Shown here one piece after another: positions 39,828-49,667 of a DNA stretch of 64,000 nt. Source of the stretch: a virus; the IMG/VR virus record IMGVR_UViG_3300025418_001265, positions 1-64,000 of that record, one strand, 5' to 3'. Within the stretch, counting starts at the first letter, position 1. The number at the start of each line of letters is the position of its first letter. The translations under genes were made by a program, and so were the position numbers. Below the pieces are notes generated by a model that saw only the letters and a list, made by a program, of their open reading frames with translations, was not told where the DNA came from and ran no database searches.

Positions 39828-40891
39828 TTAATAAAAGTAAAAATAGCTGCAGTTAATAAAAGTAAAAATGCCCAGGTACCTAATGCTTTATAATATGTGG
39901 ATAGAGGGGTACCAAAGTAACGTTTACCAATCATAACACATTCGTGCATTGGAGTTAAAAGATAACCACAATAATCTAATGCAAAAAACCATAGTAGATA
40001 CTGTCTACCGAATACTGTTGTAGCTAATACTGTTAGTGCAGCAAACTTACCGTCACTACCCATACTAAAGCTAGCAGCAAATAGTAACATACTAATAATG
40101 TACATACCACTAAACGTGTGCGGATTTAATCCCCAGCTTCTTATAGCGTATTCAATCCAGACTCTGTGCTCTTGCATATAACCAGAAGTAAAAAATATAA
40201 CACCGATTAATGCAATAGTAGTCCAGTTAACATAACTACTAATCTTTTTCCAACTATATGTCTTAGTAATATATAGATAATAAGCTAGTAGAGCACCGAA
40301 GATAGGAAACACTAACTCTGGGCCTTCTCCTCCAAGTAGCATATACGTAAGAACAGCAGCAATAAACGGTATTACGTTTTTGATAAAATTACCAGCGCCA
40401 AGATTTTCTTGAGGTGTAATCTCTATTTCGTCTTCTTTAATAACAAAGAATAAATAGTAAAAAATAAATGCAGCACTAACAGCTATCAACGGCCATAACA
40501 TTTTTAACCATACTGCATATGTAATACCAAACGCAGCCATTGGTAGTATTACTGGTTTCTCAATAGGAGACCACATATAATAGTGATGGGTGGTAAGGAA
40601 GTCGATAGGTCCAAGTTTTTGACGTGCTTTTACATCTTTCTCCTTTGAAGCTGTTGCTGTATCTAATATACCTGCACTAACTGTACTTCTACCTTCTAGG
40701 GGCAATATACCACTAATAAGACTAATAACAGCAATAACTAACTTGTTACTTTTAAGTTTAAATTTTAACCATCCATACGTACACCCGAATAGGTTATGCT
40801 CTTTGGCAATACCCGCTACTACCATAATAGTAAAGAGTACAAAGAGATAGATTTCGTCTCCGAGATAAAAACGGTCTAAAAAGACACTCAT
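39824..40891 (-). CDS. Polytopic membrane protein, DUF401/IT-superfamily transporter-like
   Basis: Many hydrophobic segments; GILPLEGRSTVSA, HHYYMWSP, GYLLTPMHEC...YF. Confidence 0.65.
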   Translation of the reverse strand: MSVFLDRFYLGDEIYLFVLFTIMVVAGIAKEHNLFGCTYGWLKFKLKSNKLVIAVISLISGILPLEGRSTVSAGILDTATASKEKDVKARQKLGPIDFLTTHHYYMWSPIEKPVILPMAAFGITYAVWLKMLWPLIAVSAAFIFYYLFFVIKEDEIEITPQENLGAGNFIKNVIPFIAAVLTYMLLGGEGPELVFPIFGALLAYYLYITKTYSWKKISSYVNWTTIALIGVIFFTSGYMQEHRVWIEYAIRSWGLNPHTFSGMYIISMLLFAASFSMGSDGKFAALTVLATTVFGRQYLLWFFALDYCGYLLTPMHECVMIGKRYFGTPLSTYYKALGTWAFLLLLTAAIFTFIK

Positions 40892-40905
40892 AGCTATATT
40901 TTATA

Positions 40906-42540
40906 TTATTTCTTTACAATAGCCAGGTAAAAACCATTCCACCACATATCAGGATCTTCTAAATCATTTAATAATATCTTATCGTATATTACTTCTAAAC
41001 TAGCATCAGCAATACCGCGTTTAGCACCATTAACTACCCCATCAAAATTTGCATCATCAAATATAAGAACAGCTTCATCTACTAGCTTATCTGCAAAGTA
41101 CATTATAGCTTGATAGTTAGCTTCTTCACTATGATCTGCATCATAAAAGAAAAAGTCTATATTACCAATATCAGATTTTTCGACTTGTAAGAAGTGACTG
41201 TTAAATACCTTTAAAGTATTATTACCTTTATACTTTTTAGCATTCTCAATAAACTTTTCTTTCGAAGATTCAAGATCTACCTTACCATTAGCAGATTTGG
41301 TTTGTTCTTGCCAATGATCGACTGCATATGCCTTGAGATTATTATCTTTAATGGTAGCGCAAAATGTACCACCATTTAACACACCTACTTCGAGGTAACC
41401 TGTCGATATTTTACCAATACCGTTCAATAGCTGTTTCATTTTGTCTGAAGTAATACCCTCTACAGTATCACCTATCGGTTGGTTAACAGTGTCTATTAGT
41501 AACTGAGTTACCTTTTCAACTTTCTTATTGTTTTTATTACCCTTGGCTCTCCATACTTTTGTACAGTAATCACAATCCCAACAGTTAAACTTACACGTCT
41601 TAATCTTTTGACGCCAAGTGTTTATAGGTTTTTCTATTAAGTTCGTGTCTTCTATATAAGGCTCGAAACCACTGAACAGTATTTCTTCTTTATTGGCAAA
41701 CCTACGAATAATGTCCATTGTCTCATTAAGACGGTTACTATTCTCTCTACCGTGCATTTTAATCGTATCAATACCTAGCTCTAAAAACTCTAACCAATCT
41801 TCTCTCCAAGGTGGAAAGTTAGCATTAGTTAACTGTACAGCTGAATCTTGAGTCTGCCATTTAGGGCAACTAACTCTACTAATAGGATCTGTAAAGTACT
41901 GATTGCCTGTTGTTCTAGTATTATTAAAGTGGTAATGCTCATCCATTACAGGGCACCCGCCTACACAACCTTCATTAGCTAATAAAGATAGCTTGATACC
42001 GTATTTGTCTTTAACTCTTTTTATCTCTCTAAGTCTATCGTGATCTCTCATAAGAACACGATCAAGGTTAACATAGTTGAACCCGGCCTGAGCTAAAGCA
42101 GCTACTTCTCTTGGTTCTTTAACCGCTCTTAAAATAGTGTTCTTAACAAATAGTTCTGGAAAGTTATGTTTAACCTGTTTAGTTAACATCCAGTGTGTAT
42201 GGGGTAGGGTACAAGACCTTATACCAGCATCATATAAAGGTTTAAAGTTTTTTATCCAAGTCTCTAAGTTCTTTTGACTAGCTCGTACTGATATATTATT
42301 AAATGTAGCAGATACAGTTATACCTGTTTCTTTTTGTACATATAAAGCTGTTTCAATAGCAAACTGATGTGCATCTTTTTGTACAAACACATCACCCATT
42401 GCATCTTGCAAGAAAGGATCAATACGACAAGTAAAATATATGTCGTATATATAATCTTTATACTCTTTACAGAACTCTAAAAACGTGTAGAACTGTTGTT
42501 CTGTAAGCTTAGGGTTAAGAGGTATACTAAATATCTTCAC
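40906..42540 (-). CDS. Peptidase U32-family Fe-S protein fused to a class I SAM methyltransferase
   Basis: NLDR, LANEGCVGGCP..DEH, SRVSC, IKMHGRE, CKFNCWDCDYC; C-domain YLEVGVLNGGT, FFYDADH, IFDD. Confidence 0.8.
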   Translation of the reverse strand: MKIFSIPLNPKLTEQQFYTFLEFCKEYKDYIYDIYFTCRIDPFLQDAMGDVFVQKDAHQFAIETALYVQKETGITVSATFNNISVRASQKNLETWIKNFKPLYDAGIRSCTLPHTHWMLTKQVKHNFPELFVKNTILRAVKEPREVAALAQAGFNYVNLDRVLMRDHDRLREIKRVKDKYGIKLSLLANEGCVGGCPVMDEHYHFNNTRTTGNQYFTDPISRVSCPKWQTQDSAVQLTNANFPPWREDWLEFLELGIDTIKMHGRENSNRLNETMDIIRRFANKEEILFSGFEPYIEDTNLIEKPINTWRQKIKTCKFNCWDCDYCTKVWRAKGNKNNKKVEKVTQLLIDTVNQPIGDTVEGITSDKMKQLLNGIGKISTGYLEVGVLNGGTFCATIKDNNLKAYAVDHWQEQTKSANGKVDLESSKEKFIENAKKYKGNNTLKVFNSHFLQVEKSDIGNIDFFFYDADHSEEANYQAIMYFADKLVDEAVLIFDDANFDGVVNGAKRGIADASLEVIYDKILLNDLEDPDMWWNGFYLAIVKK

Positions 42541-43237
42541 TCTTGGTCTTGGCTTCGATCTTTAACTGATCTTTAGCAACATCATCAATATAAGCTAAAT
42601 CGGTTCCTTTTGAACCTATTAACTGCTTCATTGTTGCTTGACCAATAGCATCGATACCTTTACCTAACACGCCGTTGTATTTAATAGCTAACTGAAGTGT
42701 TTCTTTAACATCTGTTAAAGGCATCATTAAAATCGAATCTAAGTTACCTTGACCGATACGACCGATAGTATTTAAGTCCATTGCAGCCTGTTTAGCCATT
42801 CTTGTAATCCAGTACTCGCGTTCTAGCTCTTCATTGTTGTCTTTATATTTCTCTAAACTCTGCATATCTGGACACATTGATCTTACCATATCAGAAAACA
42901 TATCAATTTCATTTTGACACATTTTCTCTTTCTTGTCATACATATGAATGTCCCAAACTGCTTGCTCTAAGTCTACCTGTAATATTTGTTTTTTAAGATC
43001 ATCAAACTCATTATCGATATCTCTTTGTAACATTTGTTTTTCGATAATACGCTTTTTACGCTGACGTTGAACCTGTTTTAACATACCGTTACGATTGTCA
43101 ATCTCTAATAAAGCTTGACGCACTCTGCGGTAATCTGTTACCTGAGAATTTACAACAAAATAACGAGCCTGAAAATCGGACATACCGATAGAGTTTTCGT
43201 TTTCATCGACAAATTTAATAATATCTTCGTTTTCCAT
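42527..43237 (-). CDS. Coiled-coil protein of unknown function
   Basis: GMSDFQARYFVV..QVT.YRRVRQALLEI, helical E/K/Q-rich; start MENED coupled by TAATATG. Confidence 0.65.
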   Translation of the reverse strand: MENEDIIKFVDENENSIGMSDFQARYFVVNSQVTDYRRVRQALLEIDNRNGMLKQVQRQRKKRIIEKQMLQRDIDNEFDDLKKQILQVDLEQAVWDIHMYDKKEKMCQNEIDMFSDMVRSMCPDMQSLEKYKDNNEELEREYWITRMAKQAAMDLNTIGRIGQGNLDSILMMPLTDVKETLQLAIKYNGVLGKGIDAIGQATMKQLIGSKGTDLAYIDDVAKDQLKIEAKTKSEDI

Positions 43238-43238
43238 A

Positions 43239-43871
43239 TTAGAATTGGTATCCAAATTTTACTTTTTCTTTTCTAGCGTTTCTAGTATCATCCCAAAGTC
43301 CTTTTCTACTAGCAAGATCCTTTGTCATTTCGTGACCAAGTACCGTTTCTCGTGCTTCAACGTGATCATCAATAGAAGATAAACTATCTGCCTGTGTTAA
43401 CAATTCGGCGTGTTTATCTGCGTCATAAGCAGGTCTTTCAGTGCTATCAAGATTAGGTAAACCTAAACGTCTATCTTCCATTTCTTGATCAATGTGTAAC
43501 TTATGAGCTTTCTTCATTAGTGATATAGTAGCTGCTGTCATATCATCAGTCAAGTAAATTTTTGTTTTTCTGCTACCTTTTGCTAACTCATCAGCATCCG
43601 GTTCTAATCCTTCTAGATCGGAATATGCTTTACGGTAACCACGAGTTTCAGCATAAAACTTATGAGCAGACAGTGCTTCAACTTCAGTCAACTCTACCAT
43701 AGGTATTGTCTTTGGTATGCCTTCAAAAGGATGTGCTTCGTAAGCACTTAATGTTGCAATAGCAGTATCGGTTGCAAGGCTGACAATATTAAAATTATCA
43801 ATACCTGTTATAACGGTCATACCATCAATATTAGGTATGTATCGGAAAAATTTAGTAAGATAATAATTCAT
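43239..43871 (-). CDS. Hypothetical protein
   Basis: Start moved to MNYYL to avoid overlap; sits in the cassette. Confidence 0.6.
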   Translation of the reverse strand: MNYYLTKFFRYIPNIDGMTVITGIDNFNIVSLATDTAIATLSAYEAHPFEGIPKTIPMVELTEVEALSAHKFYAETRGYRKAYSDLEGLEPDADELAKGSRKTKIYLTDDMTAATISLMKKAHKLHIDQEMEDRRLGLPNLDSTERPAYDADKHAELLTQADSLSSIDDHVEARETVLGHEMTKDLASRKGLWDDTRNARKEKVKFGYQF

Positions 43872-43884
43872 ATTCGTTAAATAG

Positions 43885-44955
43885 TTACATTGATGTGCCT
43901 GGAAGTCCACCTAATAAAGAACAACTACCTGTACCGCAACCGCCAGAAGAAGCACCTCCGTGTCCTTTAGGTTGAGTAGTGGAACCCATTGATACACAAG
44001 AATCTGTTGTATAATATGTTTTAGTAGAGTTATTAGTTTGTGCACCACCGTTATAAGAACCTAACGTATAGCCCCAGTCTTGTCCTATTTCACAGTTTTC
44101 TTCCCCGCAAGATTCTGGACGGCTGAATGAGGAGATTTGAGATCTTGTTGTATCGTTAAATTTGTAATATGTTGAACTACCATTATACGTACCTGAAGAG
44201 TTATACCCGTAACCTACTTTACTTGATAGACCTTTCGGTTGTCCGTCAGTACTAGAAGCAAAAGACCAGGTACCAGTAGTCCAGGTTTCATTTGAAAAGT
44301 TTAAAGAAGCTGATGAACTGTTTGCTCCAACTGTACCGTAAAACTGACCGAAGAACCCGCTAAGACCGCCTGCAGTACCACCAGAACAACTTGATCCGCC
44401 AACATTACCGGAGTTAAGAGTTGTATCTGATACGGTATTAAGTTTATCAGTGCTAGAGTTACCACCACCGGTAATATATATGTAGGTTAATGTAGGGCTC
44501 ATAAGCGTTTTACAATCTGTCCTGCTTACAGTCATATTTGCATTACCTGTATATCCTATTAACGACTCTGTAGTCATATTCATTCTAGAAACAGTAGTTG
44601 AACTACCTTGAAATGAACCGCTATCGTTAAACACATAAGAATGATAATCACTAAACCCACAATCCATATAGTTTGCAACGTTATCCATCATATCACCGAG
44701 ATTGGTGGTAACGTCAGTACTATGTACAGTCCTGTTAGTGTTTCTCCAAAGTGAACTATTTTGATATCCACAGTGCATATACCCACGAGTGTAAAGTGTA
44801 CGGTATAAAAAGCTGGTAAACCAGGCTGATATAGCATTGGTAAACGTGTTTGGAGTCATTACCCATTCGTAGCCATCAAAAACATAAAGATAGCCATTGG
44901 CAAACCCTTCGTATATTGTACCTGCTGGATGTGTTGATGGAAAACTTAAAGGCAT
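43885..44955 (-). CDS. Kelch-like beta-propeller protein, paralog 1
   Basis: Repeating Y(I/V)xGG/GY blades about 45 aa apart; N-terminal FP....YVFDGYEW module. Confidence 0.6.
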   Translation of the reverse strand: MPLSFPSTHPAGTIYEGFANGYLYVFDGYEWVMTPNTFTNAISAWFTSFLYRTLYTRGYMHCGYQNSSLWRNTNRTVHSTDVTTNLGDMMDNVANYMDCGFSDYHSYVFNDSGSFQGSSTTVSRMNMTTESLIGYTGNANMTVSRTDCKTLMSPTLTYIYITGGGNSSTDKLNTVSDTTLNSGNVGGSSCSGGTAGGLSGFFGQFYGTVGANSSSASLNFSNETWTTGTWSFASSTDGQPKGLSSKVGYGYNSSGTYNGSSTYYKFNDTTRSQISSFSRPESCGEENCEIGQDWGYTLGSYNGGAQTNNSTKTYYTTDSCVSMGSTTQPKGHGGASSGGCGTGSCSLLGGLPGTSM

Positions 44956-44967
44956 AAAAATATTTAT

Positions 44968-46029
44968 TTAACCACCTAATGAACCACCTAATAAAGTTAC
45001 ACTACCAGAACCGCAACTACCGGATGACATTCCACCGTGGCCTTTAGGTTGAGTAGTGGAACCCATACCTGAACAGGTATCTGTGGTGTAGTATATCTTT
45101 TGAGTGTTATTTGTTTGGTTACTACCGTTATAGGAACCAAGGGCATATCCCCAATCTTGCCCTACTTGCATATTTTCTTCTCCGCAAGATTCAGGACGAC
45201 TAAAACTTGATACTGAAGTACCGTTAGTATCGTTAAACTTATATAATGTTGACGAACCAGCATATGAACCGGTTGAGTTGTATCCAAATCCCCATTTACT
45301 AGATAAACCTTTCGGTTGACCGTCTGTATCTAAACTGTAGTTGATGACTGTTATATAAGTTTCAGTACTCCAAGCAAAACAACTAGTGCCAGAGTTATTA
45401 CTACTAACCCAGCCATAGTACTGACCCCAAAAACCGCTAAGACCACCTGCTGTTTGACCTGAGTTACCACCGCTAATAAGACTTAATGACAACATTGTAT
45501 CTGTAATAGTGCAAAATTTATCTGTATTAGAAGAGTTACCACCAGTAATATATATTGAAGTGAGTCCTGCGTTCATTAACGCTTTACAGTTTGCACGAGA
45601 CTGTTTTAAATCTCTATTACTATTATGAGTTCTTAAAGATTCAGTCGTCATACTCATTGATGACGTGTAAGAAGAAGTACCATTAACTGCACCAGAGTCA
45701 TTAAACACATACGTGTTATAATCACTAAACCCACCGTCAATGTATGATGCACCATTATCCATCATATCACCTAAGTTAGTGGTTGTATCGGTTAAATGTA
45801 TAGTTCTATTAGTATTACGCCAAGGACTACCACCTTGATAACCGCAATGTACATAACCACGAGTATACACGGTACGATATAAAAATGAGTTTTCAGCTGT
45901 AAACCCAGCCATACCTAACCTACCTGTTGTATTCCAGGTATAACCGTCATAAGTGTACACCCACCCTATAGGAGAAATGTACCTTTGTGCACTTGAAGGT
46001 GAAGTTGGAAAACTTAGCTGGTTTGCCAT
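44968..46029 (-). CDS. Kelch-like beta-propeller protein, paralog 2
   Basis: Collinear with 43885..44955 (RGY.HCGYQ..S.WRNTNRT, RPESCGEEN, STTQPKGHGG). Confidence 0.6.
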   Translation of the reverse strand: MANQLSFPTSPSSAQRYISPIGWVYTYDGYTWNTTGRLGMAGFTAENSFLYRTVYTRGYVHCGYQGGSPWRNTNRTIHLTDTTTNLGDMMDNGASYIDGGFSDYNTYVFNDSGAVNGTSSYTSSMSMTTESLRTHNSNRDLKQSRANCKALMNAGLTSIYITGGNSSNTDKFCTITDTMLSLSLISGGNSGQTAGGLSGFWGQYYGWVSSNNSGTSCFAWSTETYITVINYSLDTDGQPKGLSSKWGFGYNSTGSYAGSSTLYKFNDTNGTSVSSFSRPESCGEENMQVGQDWGYALGSYNGSNQTNNTQKIYYTTDTCSGMGSTTQPKGHGGMSSGSCGSGSVTLLGGSLGG

Positions 46030-46032
46030 ACT

Positions 46033-47214
46033 TTAGGCCTTTGCTTTAATGAGTGCTTTAAGTTCCTCTATCTGAGCTTGCTGTTCTTTTATGGCCTCAA
46101 CAAGTAAAGGAATCATTCTTTCATATTGTATAGTTATATAGTTTTCACCGCTCTTAGAATATGTTGAACCATCTTCATTGGTTACAGTATCGAACGGTGC
46201 TAACTTAATAACTTCAGGTAAAACTACCTGTACTTCCTGAGCTATTAAACCTACTTCAGGAGTTTCAGATGAATAACCGTAACGTTGAGCAGTTTCATTA
46301 GCAGTGTAGTTCACACCATTAAGTAATAAAACTTTTGACAACGCATTTAAAATATTGCCTTTAATATCTTTAAGTCGTTTATCAGAATAATTAGCAGTAA
46401 TACTACTAGTAGCTGTAATAGCACCTGTTACGTTTAACGCTCCAGATATACCAACGTTACCAGTTATGTTACCACCAGAAGTTTTAAATATAGTAGAAGG
46501 ATCAACATATGGCACTGCAACTACCCAAGAACTAGAAGACGATATCCAAATGTTTAAGGCACCAGTATCTGTGTTCCACCAAAGATTACCATTACCCGCG
46601 GCTGTAGGTACACCACTTACTGAACCACTTTGTACATACACAGTAGTGTTAGCGCCAAGCTGGCCTGAAAAACCAGAAGTACCGGTTGCGCCTTGAGCGC
46701 CTGATCCTGTAGCACCTTGTGCGCCAGTGGAACCTGTAGCACCTTGTGCGCCATTTGAACCGTTTGTTCCAGCAGCGCCTTGAGCGCCGGTTTGACCGTT
46801 TTGGCCAGCTGAACCTTGCGCGCCTTGAGCACCAGTAACACCCTGTGCTCCGTTTGAACCAGCTGCTCCTTGAGCGCCAGCTGCACCCTGAGCACCATTA
46901 GATCCAGCTGCACCCTGAGCACCATTAGATCCAGCTGCACCCTGAGCACCGGTTGCACCTTGAGCACCGTTTATGCCTGAATATCCTGAAGCTCCTTGCG
47001 CACCATTAGATCCAACAATACCGTTAGTGCCTTGAGCACCGGTTGCACCTTGTGCACCGTTTATACCTGAATACCCTGAAGTTCCTTGTGCGCCAGTAGC
47101 GCCCTGTGCACCTAGAGTGCCGTTTGTACCTTGAGCTCCCTGAGCTCCTTGTGCACCTAGAGCCCCAGAAAATCCTGAAGCTCCTTGCATACTATATGTA
47201 AACGGTGTTGCCAT
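46033..47214 (-). CDS. Collagen-like fibre with S74 chaperone
   Basis: GAQ repeats; YSDKRLK, GLIAQEV, IQYERMIPLLVEAIKE. Confidence 0.88.
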   Translation of the reverse strand: MATPFTYSMQGASGFSGALGAQGAQGAQGTNGTLGAQGATGAQGTSGYSGINGAQGATGAQGTNGIVGSNGAQGASGYSGINGAQGATGAQGAAGSNGAQGAAGSNGAQGAAGAQGAAGSNGAQGVTGAQGAQGSAGQNGQTGAQGAAGTNGSNGAQGATGSTGAQGATGSGAQGATGTSGFSGQLGANTTVYVQSGSVSGVPTAAGNGNLWWNTDTGALNIWISSSSSWVVAVPYVDPSTIFKTSGGNITGNVGISGALNVTGAITATSSITANYSDKRLKDIKGNILNALSKVLLLNGVNYTANETAQRYGYSSETPEVGLIAQEVQVVLPEVIKLAPFDTVTNEDGSTYSKSGENYITIQYERMIPLLVEAIKEQQAQIEELKALIKAKA

Positions 47215-47246
47215 TATTAATATTTACAATGTTTACTTAAAAACTA

Positions 47247-47525
47247 CTATGTATTAGGTGGATAAAATACATTATTAACAGGGTCGTATGTACAACCAAC
47301 TCCACCCCAAGTACCACGAAATGGTACGCCTCCATCAGGTTTACCATCAATACCGTAATGCACGCTATTAGTTGTATAATAATCTGTCTTTATCCAGTTA
47401 CCGCTTAAATTAAGAGTATTGTTTATATAAGCTTGACCGGATAAATCTGACGTAGCATATTCATCCGGTATGGATATTAATCCAGTAACTACATTGTTTA
47501 AATCTATTTGAGAGTAGTATGTCAT
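47247..47525 (-). CDS. Tail-fibre-associated small protein
   Basis: YSQIDLNNVV...WIKTDY...FRGTWGGVGCTYDP..NVFYPP pattern, typical of genes following fibre tips. Confidence 0.65.
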   Translation of the reverse strand: MTYYSQIDLNNVVTGLISIPDEYATSDLSGQAYINNTLNLSGNWIKTDYYTTNSVHYGIDGKPDGGVPFRGTWGGVGCTYDPVNNVFYPPNT

Positions 47526-47532
47526 ATTGTTA

Positions 47533-48348
47533 CTATGCTATGAACGGTACAGTGGTAGATACAGAAATATTGCCATTGGTAGTTATAGTTATATTACCAC
47601 TTCCGTCGGTAGTAGCGCTTGGATATCTACAAGCTAAAAGTGTTGTACCACTTATATTTGTTAGTTCGCTTGAAGGTGGTGTAAAATTGCTTGTATAAAG
47701 AGCATTAGTGTTACATCTCAAGTTTGATGCGTAACCGTTCAAAGCATTCGACGAAATATAATTTTGAAAACTGCAATATGTTAAGTGCTGACTAGACTGT
47801 GTTATTGTATTACCACCGCCTGTAGATCTTTTTTGAGTACAAGCATTACCATTAATATACATTGTAATAGTGCCAGATTGAGCTACAAAAGCGACGTGTG
47901 TCCAGGTGTTTAAAGATACTGTTTCGTTAGATTCCCAATAATTATCACCACCTGCGTATGAAAACATAAACATTGAACCGTTCGGGCCAATAGCTAATGT
48001 CCAAGCTGTACCCGGTCCGGTTGGGTTTAAGTCTCCTACTACTGGCCAGTAGTCACCCCAAGTTTGATAACTGGTCATATAGATAAAACATTCTGCTGTG
48101 AACGTCGCCCCGGTCGTGTAAGATACTGGAGAATTATTATACGTAAGCCAACCACCGCCAGTAGAGCTAGTGTATATAGAGTAATTACGAGCCTTATTAT
48201 GACCGGAATTCATATCAATAGCTCCAGATTGTATACCGAATAGTTTACGCACATTGGCATCATTAAAACCGATCTGAGCAGTAGAGGTAAGAGACAGTTC
48301 AGTATTAACCTGACCCATATCAATTTGTCCTGATGCTGGTAAAGACAT
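47533..48348 (-). CDS. Putative fibre-tip adhesin with LamG domain
   Basis: MSLPASGQIDMGQVNTEL; FTAECFIY, NTWTHVAFV, LNGYASNLR, YTSNFTPP. Confidence 0.75.
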   Translation of the reverse strand: MSLPASGQIDMGQVNTELSLTSTAQIGFNDANVRKLFGIQSGAIDMNSGHNKARNYSIYTSSTGGGWLTYNNSPVSYTTGATFTAECFIYMTSYQTWGDYWPVVGDLNPTGPGTAWTLAIGPNGSMFMFSYAGGDNYWESNETVSLNTWTHVAFVAQSGTITMYINGNACTQKRSTGGGNTITQSSQHLTYCSFQNYISSNALNGYASNLRCNTNALYTSNFTPPSSELTNISGTTLLACRYPSATTDGSGNITITTNGNISVSTTVPFIA

Positions 48349-48349
48349 A

Positions 48350-49639
48350 TTACTTTAAAGCTTTAATTTCAGCTCTCAGTTCTTTAATAGCTTCGATTAA
48401 TAATGGAGCTAATCTTTCGTAACGCACTGTTAAATACTTTTCGTCAATAGGAGCAGGAGCTACTATTTCTGGTAATACTTTTTGTGTAGCTTGTGCAGAA
48501 ATACCAACTTCTTTAACTGGTTTATAACCAAGAGCTTGTGCAGTTTCATTTGCTTCATAATAGAAGCCTTCTAGTGAACAGATCTTGTCTAAAGCGTTTT
48601 CGATTTTACCTAACTTAGTCTTTAACCGGTCATCAGAGTAGTAAGCTGTAATGTTATTGGTAGCTCTGATTTCACCAGCTGTACCGGATGCCGAGGTATT
48701 AACACCTAATGAATTTACTTGAGCGTTAGAGCTTGTTGTAAATCCACCAGCTGCACCTTGCGAGCCTGCAGGTCCTGTTGAACCTTGAGCACCATTAGAA
48801 CCGGTTGCACCTTGTGAACCAGTAGCGCCTTGAGCACCAGTAGCGCCTTGAGCTCCATTAGAACCAGCAGCTCCTTGTGCACCATTAGAACCGTTAGTAC
48901 CAGCGGCGCCTTGTGCGCCTGTCGAACCTTTAGCACCCTGCGCACCAGTAGCGCCTTGAGCTCCGTTAGAACCAGCTGCACCTTGTGCACCAGTAGCACC
49001 CTGCGCACCGTTAGAACCTACTGTACCGTTTGTACCTTGCGCACCAGCTGCACCTTGCGCGCCTGTAGAGCCATTCAATCCGGAATAACCAGATGCAGCT
49101 GTAGCGCCTTGAGCACCTGTAGATCCTTTTAACCCAGAATAACCAGAATAACCAGAATTTGAACCAGCTGGTAGTATTTGAGAACCAGGATATTCAACAA
49201 TTTGAGCTGCAGTGCTACCAATAGCAATTAAAACTGGTTTAATAATAGAACCAATTGCTGAAGGAGGTATTACCGTTAATGCCCCTGCTACTGTGTCTGA
49301 AAGATAATAATTAGCCGCGTCTACTAAACCAGTAAACCCAGTTGCATAACCGTTTGCTACGTATGTAAACGTTGTACCAGTAGATGCTGTAACAACACCA
49401 AGTATATCTGAAGCAGAAGCAGCATTTGCTAATGCTAGAGCATAACCACCGGTAGTTTTGTATATAGCTTGTCCAGCACTAAAGGAATTCGAGTATGTTA
49501 CCGATACAGTGGTAGCATTAGCACCACTTGCACCGGTAGAACCATTTGCGCCTTGTGCACCCTGTGCTCCTGCAGGCCCTGTAGAACCTGAAAATCCAGA
49601 AGCACCTCTAAGCGCGTTGTATACAAATGTATTGCTCAT
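48350..49639 (-). CDS. Collagen-like fibre with S74 chaperone
   Basis: GAQ repeats; [19 protein letters not shown]; [17 protein letters not shown]. Confidence 0.88.
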   Translation of the reverse strand: MSNTFVYNALRGASGFSGSTGPAGAQGAQGANGSTGASGANATTVSVTYSNSFSAGQAIYKTTGGYALALANAASASDILGVVTASTGTTFTYVANGYATGFTGLVDAANYYLSDTVAGALTVIPPSAIGSIIKPVLIAIGSTAAQIVEYPGSQILPAGSNSGYSGYSGLKGSTGAQGATAASGYSGLNGSTGAQGAAGAQGTNGTVGSNGAQGATGAQGAAGSNGAQGATGAQGAKGSTGAQGAAGTNGSNGAQGAAGSNGAQGATGAQGATGSQGATGSNGAQGSTGPAGSQGAAGGFTTSSNAQVNSLGVNTSASGTAGEIRATNNITAYYSDDRLKTKLGKIENALDKICSLEGFYYEANETAQALGYKPVKEVGISAQATQKVLPEIVAPAPIDEKYLTVRYERLAPLLIEAIKELRAEIKALK

Positions 49640-49667
49640 ATTTCATTAGCAATAATATTTATATACA

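Noticed and set aside
40906-42540. U32 as a collagenase acting on neighbouring fibres
   Set aside because: Legacy annotation; Cys motifs and the methyltransferase fusion fit Fe-S modification chemistry better
43885-46029. Paralogous propeller genes as a DGR template/variable repeat pair
   Set aside because: Differences are spread over whole genes and are not adenine-specific; no reverse transcriptase in the window
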